A DNA stretch of 60,621 nucleotides from Candidatus Muproteobacteria bacterium RBG_16_65_34. GTDB lineage: Bacteria; Pseudomonadota; Gammaproteobacteria; Acidiferrobacterales; Sulfurifustaceae. Numbering within the stretch: position 1 is the stretch's first letter; each line of letters starts with the position of its first letter. The translations under genes and the position numbers were made by a program. Below, piece by piece: positions 38,211-49,556 of this stretch. The notes below the pieces were generated by a model that saw only the letters and a program-made list of their open reading frames with translations, was not told where the DNA came from and did no database searches. Where the stretch lies: positions 1-60,621 of the forward strand of contig MFSU01000076.1 of assembly GCA_001785115.1 (NCBI GenBank), read 5' to 3'.

Positions 38211-40489
38211 TAAACTTTGCGCAGTAACGCGAGAAATTCCTCGGCCGCGCGAAACCCGTACGTGCGCAGCGCCCGCTGCTCCACGCCGCTCGGGCCAAAG
38301 AACAGCAGCGCCGGCGGGCCGTATACGCCGAAGCGGCCCTTGATGGCCTTGACCTCGGGGTCGGCGGGATTGGTGACGTCGACCTGAAGCCGCACGAAGC
38401 GGCCTTCCAGATCTGCGCGCACGCGCGCATCGGCAAAAGTCGCTTTCTCCATGCGCAGGCAATCGGTGCACCAGTCGGCATAGTAATCGAGGATCGCCGG
38501 TTTGCCCGCGGCTTTGGCCTCGGCCAGGCGCGTCTCGAGCTCGCGCAGGGTTTTCACGCGCGTGAACAGGCGCTCCGCGGCCGCGGGCGTCGCCGGCGCG
38601 CCGATGCTCAGCCCCCCGCCCGATACGCCGATGGGCAGCGGACTCAAAATATCGCGGTTGCCGGCAAGCCCCCCGAGCAGCGCGATCACGCCCCAGGCGA
38701 GCAGTAAAGTCCCGAAGCCCTTCGAGAGGGTGCGCCAGCCGCTCGCGCCGTGGGGCAGACTCTCGGTCGCGCCCAGATAGATCGCCGAGACGATAAAGAG
38801 CGCCGCCCAGGCGAGCAGCACCGGCACCTGGGGGATGAAGCCCAGGAGATAGATTGCGACCGCAATGAGCAGCACACCGAACACGTGCTTGGTGCGCTCC
38901 ATCCAGGGTCCCGCGCGCGGCAACAGGAACCCGGCGCCGACGCCGATCGCGATCAGGATCGCACCCATGCCGAGGGCCATGGAGAACATGATCGCGCCGC
39001 CCAGGTAGGGATCGCGGCTGGCGATGGCCGCGCCGAGGGCGGAGATGATGAGCGGCGAGACGCAGGCGCCGACGATCAGCGCCGCGAACAGTCCCACCAG
39101 GAACACCCCGAAGAACACCCCGCCGCGGAAGCGCTTGGAATGATGGTGCAGGCGGCTGGAGTGGTGATGCAGGAACGACTGGATGAAGGCCGGTATGTGC
39201 AGCTCATAGAACCCGAACATGGAGAACGCCAGGGCCACGAACAGCGCGCTGAAGATCCCGATGATCCAGGGGTTCTGGAAGTAGGCCTGCAGCTGCTCGC
39301 CGGTGGCGCCGGCGATCGCGCCGGCCGCGGTATAGGTCACTGCGGTGCCGAGGACGTAGCTCGCCGAGAGCAGACCCCCGCGCAGCTTGGTGATTTTCCC
39401 GTTGCTCGCGCCCACGATCACGCTGGAAAGGATCGGGATCATGGGCAACACGCAGGGCGTGAAGGTCAGCAGCAGCCCGGTGCCGAAGGCGGCGAGCATG
39501 GCGAGCAGAAAGGTTCCGGCGTCCACGCGTGCGCGCAGCGTGTCGCCCGCCTCGGGCGCGAACGGCGGCGCGGCCGGGGTATCGACGGTGAGCGCGCCGG
39601 CCCTCAAGCGCAGCGGGAAGGTCTTCGTGCTCGGCGGATAGCAGATCGCCACCGGCGTCTCGGCGCAACCCTGATAAGTCATTCTGAGTGCGAGATCGGC
39701 GGTCTTGCCGGCGGCGCCTTCGAGCGCAAGGCGCATCTCGAAGCTCCCGGTATAGACCTCGGTCTTGCCGATGAACTCATCGGTCTTTTCCTTGCCCGGC
39801 GGGAGCGTGTAGGCGCCGAGCCGCACGCCCGCGGGCGGCGCTCCGTCCGCGCGGGCAAGCTCGAAGCGGGTCTTGTCGCGGTAGAGGTAACAGCAGTCGG
39901 CGACCGTCACGCGCACGCGCAGCGCGGCGCCGCCTTCGGGCATCACACCCACGCCGAACGCGAGCTCCGGGTCCATGACCTCCTGCTCTGTGCCGGCGGA
40001 AGTAAGAACATCTTTCAGCGAGCGCGCGGGCGCGGCGGCTATTGCCGCGGCGGCTTTGGGCGCCGGGAGGTTGAAGACGACTTCCTTTACGATCGGCGGG
40101 TAACACACACCGATAGGCTCGTTGCAGCCCTGGAACGTGATCTTGAGGCGCGCCGCGCCGGCCCCGGCGCGGTCGATCGGCAGACGCACCCGAACGGACT
40201 TGGTGTAGGTCTCGACGCGCCCGAAAAGCGGGTCGTCTTTTTGCTTGCCGCCCGGGAATACCGGGCTCCCGAGCGCAACGCCGCCATCCAGCGCCTCGAA
40301 CTTGATCTTGTCCCGGTACAGGTAATAACCGGGCGCGATGTTCCAATTCGCCTCGAGCGTGTTGCCATCGAGCACCCGTGTCGTGAGCGCGAAGGCCTTG
40401 TCCGGCTCAAGCAGCTCTTCCTCCTGTGCCGTGGCGACTGCCGGCATGAGGAGCAGCACGGCGAGGAGCAGGGCGGGCGGTCGCATCAT
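38210..40489 (-). CDS. dsbD: Thiol:disulfide interchange protein DsbD with two tandem N-terminal (alpha-type) domains
   Basis: Start MMRPPALLLAVLL (overlaps the cutA stop). QGCNEPIGVCYPP and QGCAETPVAICYPP segments, TM core with TFTPCVLPMIP, and a C-terminal thioredoxin fold with WCTDC. About 759 aa. Confidence 0.85.
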   Translation of the reverse strand: MMRPPALLLAVLLLMPAVATAQEEELLEPDKAFALTTRVLDGNTLEANWNIAPGYYLYRDKIKFEALDGGVALGSPVFPGGKQKDDPLFGRVETYTKSVRVRLPIDRAGAGAARLKITFQGCNEPIGVCYPPIVKEVVFNLPAPKAAAAIAAAPARSLKDVLTSAGTEQEVMDPELAFGVGVMPEGGAALRVRVTVADCCYLYRDKTRFELARADGAPPAGVRLGAYTLPPGKEKTDEFIGKTEVYTGSFEMRLALEGAAGKTADLALRMTYQGCAETPVAICYPPSTKTFPLRLRAGALTVDTPAAPPFAPEAGDTLRARVDAGTFLLAMLAAFGTGLLLTFTPCVLPMIPILSSVIVGASNGKITKLRGGLLSASYVLGTAVTYTAAGAIAGATGEQLQAYFQNPWIIGIFSALFVALAFSMFGFYELHIPAFIQSFLHHHSSRLHHHSKRFRGGVFFGVFLVGLFAALIVGACVSPLIISALGAAIASRDPYLGGAIMFSMALGMGAILIAIGVGAGFLLPRAGPWMERTKHVFGVLLIAVAIYLLGFIPQVPVLLAWAALFIVSAIYLGATESLPHGASGWRTLSKGFGTLLLAWGVIALLGGLAGNRDILSPLPIGVSGGGLSIGAPATPAAAERLFTRVKTLRELETRLAEAKAAGKPAILDYYADWCTDCLRMEKATFADARVRADLEGRFVRLQVDVTNPADPEVKAIKGRFGVYGPPALLFFGPSGVEQRALRTYGFRAAEEFLALLRKV

Positions 40490-40815
40490 ACGGATTTGTC
40501 CGGATCGGCTATCCACGAGAGGTAGCGGGCGTACCCGTCGGCCAGTGGGACCGCGACGATCTCTGGAAGTTCGTAGGGATGAAGCGCCAGGATGCGCTTT
40601 TCGATCGCGCCGTAGGCACGGGCGCGGGATTTGACCAGCAGCAGCAACTCGCGCGCCGACGCGACCTTGCCGCGCCAGCGGTAGACGGACTGCTGGATCG
40701 GCAGAATATTCACGCAGGCGGCCAGACGCTCCTCGACAAGCGCGCGGGCGATGCGCCGGGCCGCGGCGGCGCTGGGGCAGGTGGTCAGCACCAACTGGTA
40801 GGGTTGCCGTTTCAT
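40486..40815 (-). CDS. cutA: Divalent-cation tolerance protein CutA
   Basis: 109 aa; CVNILPIQQSVYRWRGKV and YELPEIVAVP motifs. Confidence 0.85.
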   Translation of the reverse strand: MKRQPYQLVLTTCPSAAAARRIARALVEERLAACVNILPIQQSVYRWRGKVASARELLLLVKSRARAYGAIEKRILALHPYELPEIVAVPLADGYARYLSWIADPDKSV

Positions 40816-41105
40816 GGATTGGGTTTATTGCGGCGGCATGAATCCACTGGAACATTCCCGATGGGCTGTTTCTCCGATGACCCGGGATCGAAGCCACGAT
40901 GCCGCTGCAATAAACGGGAAGTCATACGATTTTCATCATCGCCGCGCCCCCTGCCGGAACCTCGGGCGGGGACTTTTTGGAAGGAAGCTGTGCTCGGAAA
41001 CCAGAAGTTAGGTTAAATGACGTATCGAAGAGCCACATGGATGTCTCTAAACGTTGATTATTCTAGCGAATTTTCGCGCGCAGCGCCCGCGGCGTCTTTT
41101 GGGGG

Positions 41106-41133
41106 TTGACAGCCGGCTCCCGCAGAATATGAT
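41106..41133 (+). promoter_or_regulatory. Sigma-70-type promoter candidate for groESL
   Basis: TTGACA (41106-41111), 16-nt spacer, TATGAT (41128-41133). Confidence 0.55.
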
Positions 41134-41159
41134 TAGCACTCTTCTCTGCCGAGTGCTAA
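41133..41159 (+). promoter_or_regulatory. CIRCE operator (HrcA binding site)
   Basis: TTAGCACTC-N9-GAGTGCTAA, an exact match to the consensus, overlapping the -10 box. Confidence 0.85.
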
Positions 41160-41245
41160 CAATCACTGCTGTCGAGTGCCGGCCTCGGCAAAAACATTAA
41201 TTACGGCATTCTTGAAACACTCGCAGAAACAAAGGAGGAATCGTA

Positions 41246-43241
<1,996 letters not shown>

Positions 43242-43267
43242 GCCGCCCCGCTTTCTCGCAATAACCG

Positions 43268-43297
43268 AAAGGCCCCGGAAACGGGGCCTTTCTTTAT
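43268..43297 (+). terminator. Rho-independent terminator after groEL
   Basis: aaaggccccg-gaaa-cggggccttt followed by ctttat. Confidence 0.8.
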
Positions 43298-43520
43298 GGT
43301 ACGACGTATTTCCACCCGCCGGCCAAGCCTGGCCGGCAACCGGCTGAAACCACGCAATATCTGTAATACCGGCCCGCCACCTGTGGCCGAAACCGAAACT
43401 TGGCCTAAAGAATGCACACTCCTTGACGATAAAGGTTGTGGTACCTGCGCCGTGACCCACGTGTGCCGGGTGCATCACGTCGGCGCGGTGCGATCGGCCG
43501 AATCGATCAAGGAGCCGTTT

Positions 43521-44024
43521 ATGAACAAGCTGTTGGCAGTATGCATTGCCGCATTTCTGCCGGCCTGCGTTTCATTCGAGCAGCCGGCGGCTTTTGCGCC
43601 CGATGCCTATCCGGGCGCGACGAGCTTCGATAAAACCCTGAACCAGGTCAACATCGAGGCGAACCAGGCCCGGCCCTGTCCGCTGAACACCTGCCAGAGC
43701 GGCCTGCCCTCGCGCGAGGAACTCGCCCGGGCCGATTTCATCGACTGCAAGGGCTATGTGATGCGCAAGGTCTACGCCCTGCAGGACCGAGGTGTGGGCG
43801 AGGAGCGACTCAAGGTCGCGACGTTCGAGTTGATGGATAAAACGCATGCCGTGCTGGTGGTGGATAATCGCTACGTCCTGGACAACCTCGATGGCAGCAT
43901 CCGCGACTACGCCGAGTACGCCCGGTTCAGTCCCGCGCTGCATGAGCTTCCGGCGCGCCTGGTGGCCCGTCCGGCGCCGCAGACGGCCGCCGATGCCGGT
44001 GGCAAGGTTGGCACGAAGATGTAG
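43521..44024 (+). CDS. Lipoprotein resembling a bacterial transglutaminase-like cysteine peptidase (BTLCP)
   Basis: Lipobox FLPAC. FIDCKGYVMRKVYAL...HAVLVVDNRYVLDNL fits a Cys-His-Asp arrangement. Confidence 0.55.
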   Translation: MNKLLAVCIAAFLPACVSFEQPAAFAPDAYPGATSFDKTLNQVNIEANQARPCPLNTCQSGLPSREELARADFIDCKGYVMRKVYALQDRGVGEERLKVATFELMDKTHAVLVVDNRYVLDNLDGSIRDYAEYARFSPALHELPARLVARPAPQTAADAGGKVGTKM

Positions 44025-44047
44025 GCCGCTGTCGGTCGGCGGTACCG

Positions 44048-44079
44048 AAAGGCCCCGCGTGCGGGGCCTTTCCTTTTCT
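44048..44079 (+). terminator. Rho-independent terminator
   Basis: aaaggccccgc-gt-gcggggccttt followed by ccttttct. Nearly the same stem as 43268. Confidence 0.75.
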
Positions 44080-44121
44080 GGGGCGAGATTTCCCCGGACG
44101 ACCGCTTACAATGATCCGGGT

Positions 44122-47046
44122 ATGGAAGCCGGCGAAAACAGATTCACGGATGCGCTCGCGCAGATCCCGCTCAGCCTGCGTGCCCTGGCGGAAGACGACG
44201 CGCGGCAGGTCGGCGCGCAGCTTTCGGACCTTGGCGCAATGGCCGTGCCCGGCGGCGACTGGGTCGCCGCGCTGCCCCGTGTGTTTGTTGCGAGCGAGTT
44301 CGTCACGCGCACCTGCGTGCAGCACCCGGAGGTGCTGCGCGAGCTGATCGAGTCGCGCGACCTGCTCCGCGCCTACGCCGCCGGCGAGCTCGGCCGGCGC
44401 ATCGAGCGCGAGCTCGCCGGTGTGCCGGACGAACCCGCGCTCAAGAGCCGCCTGCGCCTGCTGCGCCGGCGCGAAATGCTGCGCCTCGCGTTCCGCGATC
44501 TCGCCGGCTGGGCCGATCTCGACGAGGTCGTGACGGCGGCCACGGAGCTCGCCGACGCCTGTCTCGCGGCGGCGCTCGAGCACCTTAACCTCTGGGCCAC
44601 GGCGCGCCACGGCGCGCCTGTGGGCGTCGGCGGCGCGCCGGCCGCGATGGTAGTGCTGGGGCTCGGAAAGCTCGGGGGGCGGGAGCTTAACTTCTCCTCA
44701 GACATCGACCTCGTCTTCGCCTACACCGAGGAGGGTGAGACCGCGCGCGGCCTGAGCAACCACGAGTTCTTCGTGCGGCTCGGCCAGTCGCTCATCAACG
44801 CGCTCAACGAGGCCACCGCCGAGGGCTTCGTGTTTCGCGTGGACATGCGCCTGCGGCCCAACGGCGCGAGCGGGCCGCTCGCGCTCTCCTTCGACGCCCT
44901 GGAGCACTACTACCAGACCCACGGGCGCGAGTGGGAGCGCTATGCGCTCATCAAGGCGCGCGTCTGTGCCGGCAGCCGCGCCGCGGGCGAGGAGCTGCGC
45001 GCGCGCCTCAAGCCGTTTGTCTTTCGCAAGTACCTCGATTACGGGACGCTCGAGGGCATCCGCGCGATGAAGTCCATGATCGCGCGCGAGGTGGAGCGCA
45101 AGGGGATGCAGGGCAACATCAAGCTCGGCCCCGGCGGCATACGCGAGATCGAGTTCCTGGCGCAGGCGCTCCAGCTCATCCGCGGCGGGCGCGAGCCGCA
45201 GCTCCAGGAGCCGGCGCTGCTCAAGGTGTTGCCGCGGCTCGCCGCCGCCGGGCACATCGGCCGGGAGGAAGAGCGCGAGCTCGCCGCGGCCTATGTGTTC
45301 CTGCGCAACGTCGAGCACCGGCTGCAAATGGCGGACGACCGCCAGACGCAGCAACTGCCTTCGGACGAGCGCGAGCGGCTGCGGCTCGCCTTCGCCGCCG
45401 GGTTCGCCGACTGGGCGACGTTCGAGGCCGCGCTCGCGCGCCACCGCCACCGGGTGCAGGAGCTGTTCGCGGGCATGTTCGCGCCGCCGCCGGGCGCGGC
45501 GCAGCCGCAGGCCGCAGACGCCCTCGGCGCCGTCTGGCCCGGCCCGCCGGACGCAGACGCGGCCCAGCAGGCGCTGCGCCGGGCCGGATACCCGGAGCCC
45601 GCGGCCGCGCTCGCGCTGCTCGAGGGGTTGCGCTCGGGCCCGGCCTACGGCGCCTTCTCCGCGGAGGGCAAGGCGCGCATGGACCGGCTCGTGCCGCTCA
45701 TGCTCGCGGCCGCGGGCGCGAGCCCCGATCCCCAGACCACGCTCGCGCGCCTCGTGAACCTGCTCGAGGCCATCGGGCGGCGCTCGGCCTATCTCGCGCT
45801 GCTCATCGAAAATCCCATGGCGCTCGCGCAGCTCGTGAAGCTCCTCGGCGCGAGCCCGTGGATCGCCGGTTGGGTCGCGCAACATCCGATCGTGCTCGAT
45901 GAGCTGCTCGATCCGCGCAGCCTGTACGAGCCGCTCACGCACGCGCGATTGACGGACGAGCTGCGCCAGTGCCTGGCGCATATCCCGGCCGAAGACCTCG
46001 AGCTCCAGATGGAGGTGCTGCGCGAGTTCCGGCATTCGCACGTGCTGCGCGTCGCGGCGGCCGCGATCGCCGGCGGCGCGGGCGCGCCCAACGGCGCCGG
46101 CCCGGGGCTCGCGCCGGAGCAGGTCGGCGCGCACCTCGCGTGGATCGCGGAGGCGGCGATCGAGGAAAGCCTCGACCTCGTGCGCCGCGCCCTCATCGTG
46201 CGGCACGGCGCGCCGCGCTGCCCCGATGGTGCGCGGCCGGGGTTCGTCGTCGTCGGCTACGGCAAGCTCGGGGGGCTCGAGCTCGGTTACGCCTCCGATC
46301 TCGACATGATCTTCATCTATGAAGGCTGCGAGGACGGCGCGACCGAGGGCGCGCGCAGCCTGCCGAACGAGACCTTCTTCGCCCGACTCGGCCAGCGGCT
46401 GATCCACGTGCTCACCACGCGCACGCCGGGCGGCATCCTTTATGAAGTGGACATGCGGCTGCGGCCCTCCGGCAAGTCCGGGCCGCTGGTCACGAGCCTC
46501 GAGGCCTTCCGCGCGTACCAGCAGACGCACGCCTGGACCTGGGAGCACCAGGCGCTGGTGCGCGCCCGCGCCGTGGCCGGCGACCCCGGCTTGCGGCGCG
46601 GGTTCGAGGAGGTGCGGCGCGCGGTCCTGTGCCAGGCGCGCGACCCGGCGCGGCTCAAGCGTGAGGTCCTGGAGATGCGCGCGAAGATGGCGCAGGCCCA
46701 CGGCGCGGGCGACCCCGTGCGCTTCGACCTCAAGCACGATGCGGGCGGTATCGTCGATATCGAATTTATGGTGCAATACGGGGTCTTGAGGTGGGCGCAC
46801 GAACACCCCGTGCTTGCCCGCCATACGGACAACATCCAGTTACTCGAGGCCCTGGCCGCGGCCGGCCGGCTCAACGCCGGGCAGGCGCAGACCCTGGCCG
46901 AGGCCTACCGCCGTTACCTCTCCCTGGAGCACCGCACCCGGCTGATGGAGCGCGGATCCCAGGTGGATCGCGCGGAGCTCGGCGATTTACCGGAGCGGGT
47001 GCGGCGGATCTGGGATGAAGTGTTTGAAAAAGGCGAAGGCGAATAG
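44122..47046 (+). CDS. glnE: Bifunctional glutamine synthetase adenylyltransferase / adenylyl-removing enzyme
   Basis: About 974 aa from MEAGENRF. Two nucleotidyltransferase repeats (GKLGGRELNFSSDIDLVF and GKLGGLELGYASDLDMIF). Confidence 0.9.
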   Translation: MEAGENRFTDALAQIPLSLRALAEDDARQVGAQLSDLGAMAVPGGDWVAALPRVFVASEFVTRTCVQHPEVLRELIESRDLLRAYAAGELGRRIERELAGVPDEPALKSRLRLLRRREMLRLAFRDLAGWADLDEVVTAATELADACLAAALEHLNLWATARHGAPVGVGGAPAAMVVLGLGKLGGRELNFSSDIDLVFAYTEEGETARGLSNHEFFVRLGQSLINALNEATAEGFVFRVDMRLRPNGASGPLALSFDALEHYYQTHGREWERYALIKARVCAGSRAAGEELRARLKPFVFRKYLDYGTLEGIRAMKSMIAREVERKGMQGNIKLGPGGIREIEFLAQALQLIRGGREPQLQEPALLKVLPRLAAAGHIGREEERELAAAYVFLRNVEHRLQMADDRQTQQLPSDERERLRLAFAAGFADWATFEAALARHRHRVQELFAGMFAPPPGAAQPQAADALGAVWPGPPDADAAQQALRRAGYPEPAAALALLEGLRSGPAYGAFSAEGKARMDRLVPLMLAAAGASPDPQTTLARLVNLLEAIGRRSAYLALLIENPMALAQLVKLLGASPWIAGWVAQHPIVLDELLDPRSLYEPLTHARLTDELRQCLAHIPAEDLELQMEVLREFRHSHVLRVAAAAIAGGAGAPNGAGPGLAPEQVGAHLAWIAEAAIEESLDLVRRALIVRHGAPRCPDGARPGFVVVGYGKLGGLELGYASDLDMIFIYEGCEDGATEGARSLPNETFFARLGQRLIHVLTTRTPGGILYEVDMRLRPSGKSGPLVTSLEAFRAYQQTHAWTWEHQALVRARAVAGDPGLRRGFEEVRRAVLCQARDPARLKREVLEMRAKMAQAHGAGDPVRFDLKHDAGGIVDIEFMVQYGVLRWAHEHPVLARHTDNIQLLEALAAAGRLNAGQAQTLAEAYRRYLSLEHRTRLMERGSQVDRAELGDLPERVRRIWDEVFEKGEGE

Positions 47047-47134
47047 ACAGGATTAACAGGATTAAAAACAGGATTAACAGGATTAAGGCTTTTAAGAATT
47101 AATCCTGTGAATCCTGAAAAATCCTGTTAATCCT
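47047..47134. repeat. CAGGATT-family hairpin, followed by a T7 run (probable glnE terminator)
   Basis: CAGGATT x4 / AATCCTG x4, then gaattcctttttttgg. Confidence 0.9.
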
Positions 47135-47162
47135 GTGAATTCCTTTTTTTGGAGAAAGCTCG

Positions 47163-48086
47163 ATGTCGATGGCGGATCGTGACGGCGTCATCTGGTATGA
47201 CGGCAGGCTCGTGCCGTGGCGCGAGGCGACCACCCACGTGCTCACGCACACCCTGCACTACGGCATGGGCGTGTTCGAGGGCGTGCGCGCCTACAAGACG
47301 CCGAAGGGGACCGCGGTCTTCCGGCTCCAGGCGCACACCGATCGCCTGTTCCGCTCGGCCCATATCCTCGGCATGGACATTCCGTACGACAAGGCCGCGC
47401 TCAACGAGGCCACGCGCGCGGCGGTGCGCGAGAACCAGCTCGAGTCGGCCTATATCCGTCCGATGGGCTTCTATGGCAGCGAGGGCATGGGCCTGCGCGC
47501 CGAGGGACTCAAGGTGCATGTGATCGTCGCCGCCTGGCGCTGGGGCGCATACCTCGGCGAGGAGGGGCAGAAGCACGGCATCAAGGTGCGCACCTCCTCG
47601 TACAATCGTCATCACGTGAATATCACCATGTGCCGCGCCAAGGCGAACGGCAACTACATGAACTCCATGCTCGCGCTGCGCGAGGCGCTCGCCTCGGGCT
47701 GCGACGAGGCGCTGCTGCTCGACACCGAGGGCTACGTCTCCGAGGGCAGCGGCGAGAACCTTTTCCTCGTGCGCGACGGCGCGATCTATACGCCCGATCT
47801 CACCTCGGCGCTCGACGGCATCACGCGCGATACGATCATCCGGCTCGCCGGCGATCTCGGTATTCCGGTGCGCGAGAAGCGTATCACGCGCGACGAGGTG
47901 TATATCTCGGACGAGGCCTTCTTCACCGGCACCGCGGCCGAGGTCACGCCGATCCGCGAACTCGACGGCCGCAAGATCGGCGCCGGCACGCGCGGCCCGA
48001 TCACGGAGAAGCTGCAGACCATGTACTTCGATTTGGTGCACGGGCGCAGCGGCGAGCACCCGGAGTGGCTGACGTTGGTCGCCTAA
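47163..48086 (+). CDS. ilvE: Branched-chain amino acid aminotransferase
   Basis: 307 aa, typical class IV aminotransferase sequence (HTLHYGMGVFEGVRAY). Confidence 0.9.
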   Translation: MSMADRDGVIWYDGRLVPWREATTHVLTHTLHYGMGVFEGVRAYKTPKGTAVFRLQAHTDRLFRSAHILGMDIPYDKAALNEATRAAVRENQLESAYIRPMGFYGSEGMGLRAEGLKVHVIVAAWRWGAYLGEEGQKHGIKVRTSSYNRHHVNITMCRAKANGNYMNSMLALREALASGCDEALLLDTEGYVSEGSGENLFLVRDGAIYTPDLTSALDGITRDTIIRLAGDLGIPVREKRITRDEVYISDEAFFTGTAAEVTPIRELDGRKIGAGTRGPITEKLQTMYFDLVHGRSGEHPEWLTLVA

Positions 48087-48094
48087 GGCGACCA

Positions 48095-48189
48095 GGGACG
48101 AGATACGAGATACGAGGGACGAGGGGCAACGTCTTTTATGAACAAGTGCCTTATCCACATTCCCTCGCACCTCGCACCTCGCCCCTCGT
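48095..48189. repeat. Hairpin of heptamers: GGGACGA/GATACGA x5 / NCCTCGC x4
   Basis: gggacga gatacga gatacga gggacga ggggcaa ... ccctcgc acctcgc acctcgc ccctcgt. Confidence 0.9.
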
Positions 48190-48215
48190 ATCTATTTTCC
48201 TGAAGGAATCCGACA

Positions 48216-48422
48216 ATGGTCCACACCAGCACTGAGCAACCGAAGGGACTCCCCGCCAACGCGGAGAACCGCTACGAGGTCACACACGCGGATTTGCCGC
48301 TCTCCTGCCCGATGCCGGGCATGGTGCGGTGGAACTCGCACCCGCGAGTTTATTTGCCGATCGAGAAGAGCGGCGAGGAGCGTTGTATGTATTGCGGGGC
48401 GGTGTACGTGCTTAAAGACTAA
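48216..48422 (+). CDS. Small zinc-finger (zf-CHCC-like) protein
   Basis: 68 aa. LSCP...RCMYCG cysteine pairs. Position upstream of waaF. Confidence 0.55.
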   Translation: MVHTSTEQPKGLPANAENRYEVTHADLPLSCPMPGMVRWNSHPRVYLPIEKSGEERCMYCGAVYVLKD

Positions 48423-48432
48423 GATGATTAAC

Positions 48433-48491
48433 CACAGAGGACACAGAGTTTGTAAAGACCAAGATCCTCTGTGCCCTCTGTGATCTCCGTG
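48433..48491. repeat. CACAGAG-family hairpin: CACAGAG x2 / CTCTGTG x2 + CTCCGTG
   Basis: 9-nt period. Overlaps the ORF-track start of waaF. Confidence 0.9.
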
Positions 48492-49556
48492 GTGAAAGAG
48501 CGCATTAGATTTTTGATCGTCGGCCCGTCCTGGGTCGGCGACATGGTGCTGGCGCAGAGCCTGTTCCGGCTGCTCAAACAGCGCCACCCCGAATGTCGTA
48601 TCGACGTGCTGGCGCCCGAATGGACGTTTCCCCTGTTGGCGCGCATGCCGGAGGTGGCCGAGGCGATCCCGGCGCCGTTTCGCCACGGCGCGCTCGCGTT
48701 GGCGAAGCGCTGGCGTCTCGGGCGGGCGTTGCGCGCGCGAAACTACGACCGCGCGATCGTGCTGCCGAACTCGCTCAAGTCGGCGATCGTCCCGTTCGCC
48801 GCGCGCGCCCGCGTGCGCACCGGCTTCGTCGGCGAGCTGCGCTACGGGCTGCTCAACGACGCGCGCCGCCTCGATAAGACCGAACTCCCGCGCACCGTGG
48901 ACCGGTTCGTGGCGCTCGGAATCGAGTCGGGCGAGGCGTTGCCGGAGATTCCCCAACCGTGGCTCGAGGCGGATGCGGACAGCGCTCGCGCCGCGCTTGT
49001 GCGCCTCGGCCGCGGCCTTCCGAAAACTCCGGTGCTCGGTTTGTGCCCCGGCGCCGAGTACGGTCCCGCCAAGCGCTGGCCGGCGGAATATTTTGCCGAC
49101 GTCGCCAGGACGAAACTCGCAGAAGGCTGGGAGGTGTGGCTGTTCGGTTCGGACCAGGACGCGCCCGTGACCCTTGCGATTCAATCCCTGACCCAGGGGG
49201 GCTGCCTCGACCTCGGCGGCAAGACCGCGCTTGCCGAGGCGATCGATCTGATGTCGCTGACAACCGCCGTCGTGACCAACGATTCCGGGCTCATGCACGT
49301 CGCGGCCGCGCTCGGGCGCCGCGTCGTCGCGATTTACGGGTCTTCGGATCCCGGCCACACGCCGCCCTTGAGCGACAAGGCCACCATGCGCTATCTCGGC
49401 CTATCGTGTAGCCCGTGTTTCCAACGCGAGTGTCCGCTGGGGCATCTCAGGTGCCTTCGCGATATCGCCCCGGGTCTTGTGCTTGAGAGTTTGTCGGAGG
49501 CAAGTGGTAAGATGCCCGAGAAAAGAGCAAAGGACAAAGAGAAAAGGGAAGGATAA
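48489..49556 (+). CDS. waaF: ADP-heptose:LPS heptosyltransferase II
   Basis: RFLIVGPSWVGDMVLAQSLF, VLPNSLKSA and VTNDSGLMHVAAA motifs. A GTG start at 48489/48492 is preferred over 48471, which lies in the repeat. Confidence 0.85.
   Translation: MVKERIRFLIVGPSWVGDMVLAQSLFRLLKQRHPECRIDVLAPEWTFPLLARMPEVAEAIPAPFRHGALALAKRWRLGRALRARNYDRAIVLPNSLKSAIVPFAARARVRTGFVGELRYGLLNDARRLDKTELPRTVDRFVALGIESGEALPEIPQPWLEADADSARAALVRLGRGLPKTPVLGLCPGAEYGPAKRWPAEYFADVARTKLAEGWEVWLFGSDQDAPVTLAIQSLTQGGCLDLGGKTALAEAIDLMSLTTAVVTNDSGLMHVAAALGRRVVAIYGSSDPGHTPPLSDKATMRYLGLSCSPCFQRECPLGHLRCLRDIAPGLVLESLSEASGKMPEKRAKDKEKREG

Noticed and set aside
38750-40525. 591-aa plus-strand ORF
   Set aside because: It is antisense to dsbD.
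38210-40897. 895-aa version of the DsbD ORF
   Set aside because: The first 136 codons run across cutA in another frame and are Arg-rich. The signal peptide starts at MMRPPALLL (40489).
44698-46824. 708-aa minus-strand ORF, plus several ORFs of 100-320 aa in other frames across glnE
   Set aside because: They are antisense or out of frame relative to glnE, which has clear duplicated nucleotidyltransferase motifs. These ORFs have no recognisable motifs.
43846-47046. 1066-aa version of glnE, and similar long 5' extensions of mtnB (21128), mdh (6408), the PIN gene (3623), purD (29619) and rpmE (9841)
   Set aside because: The extensions overlap neighbouring genes or terminators and lack homology-like sequence. 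The internal starts match the usual N-termini of each family.
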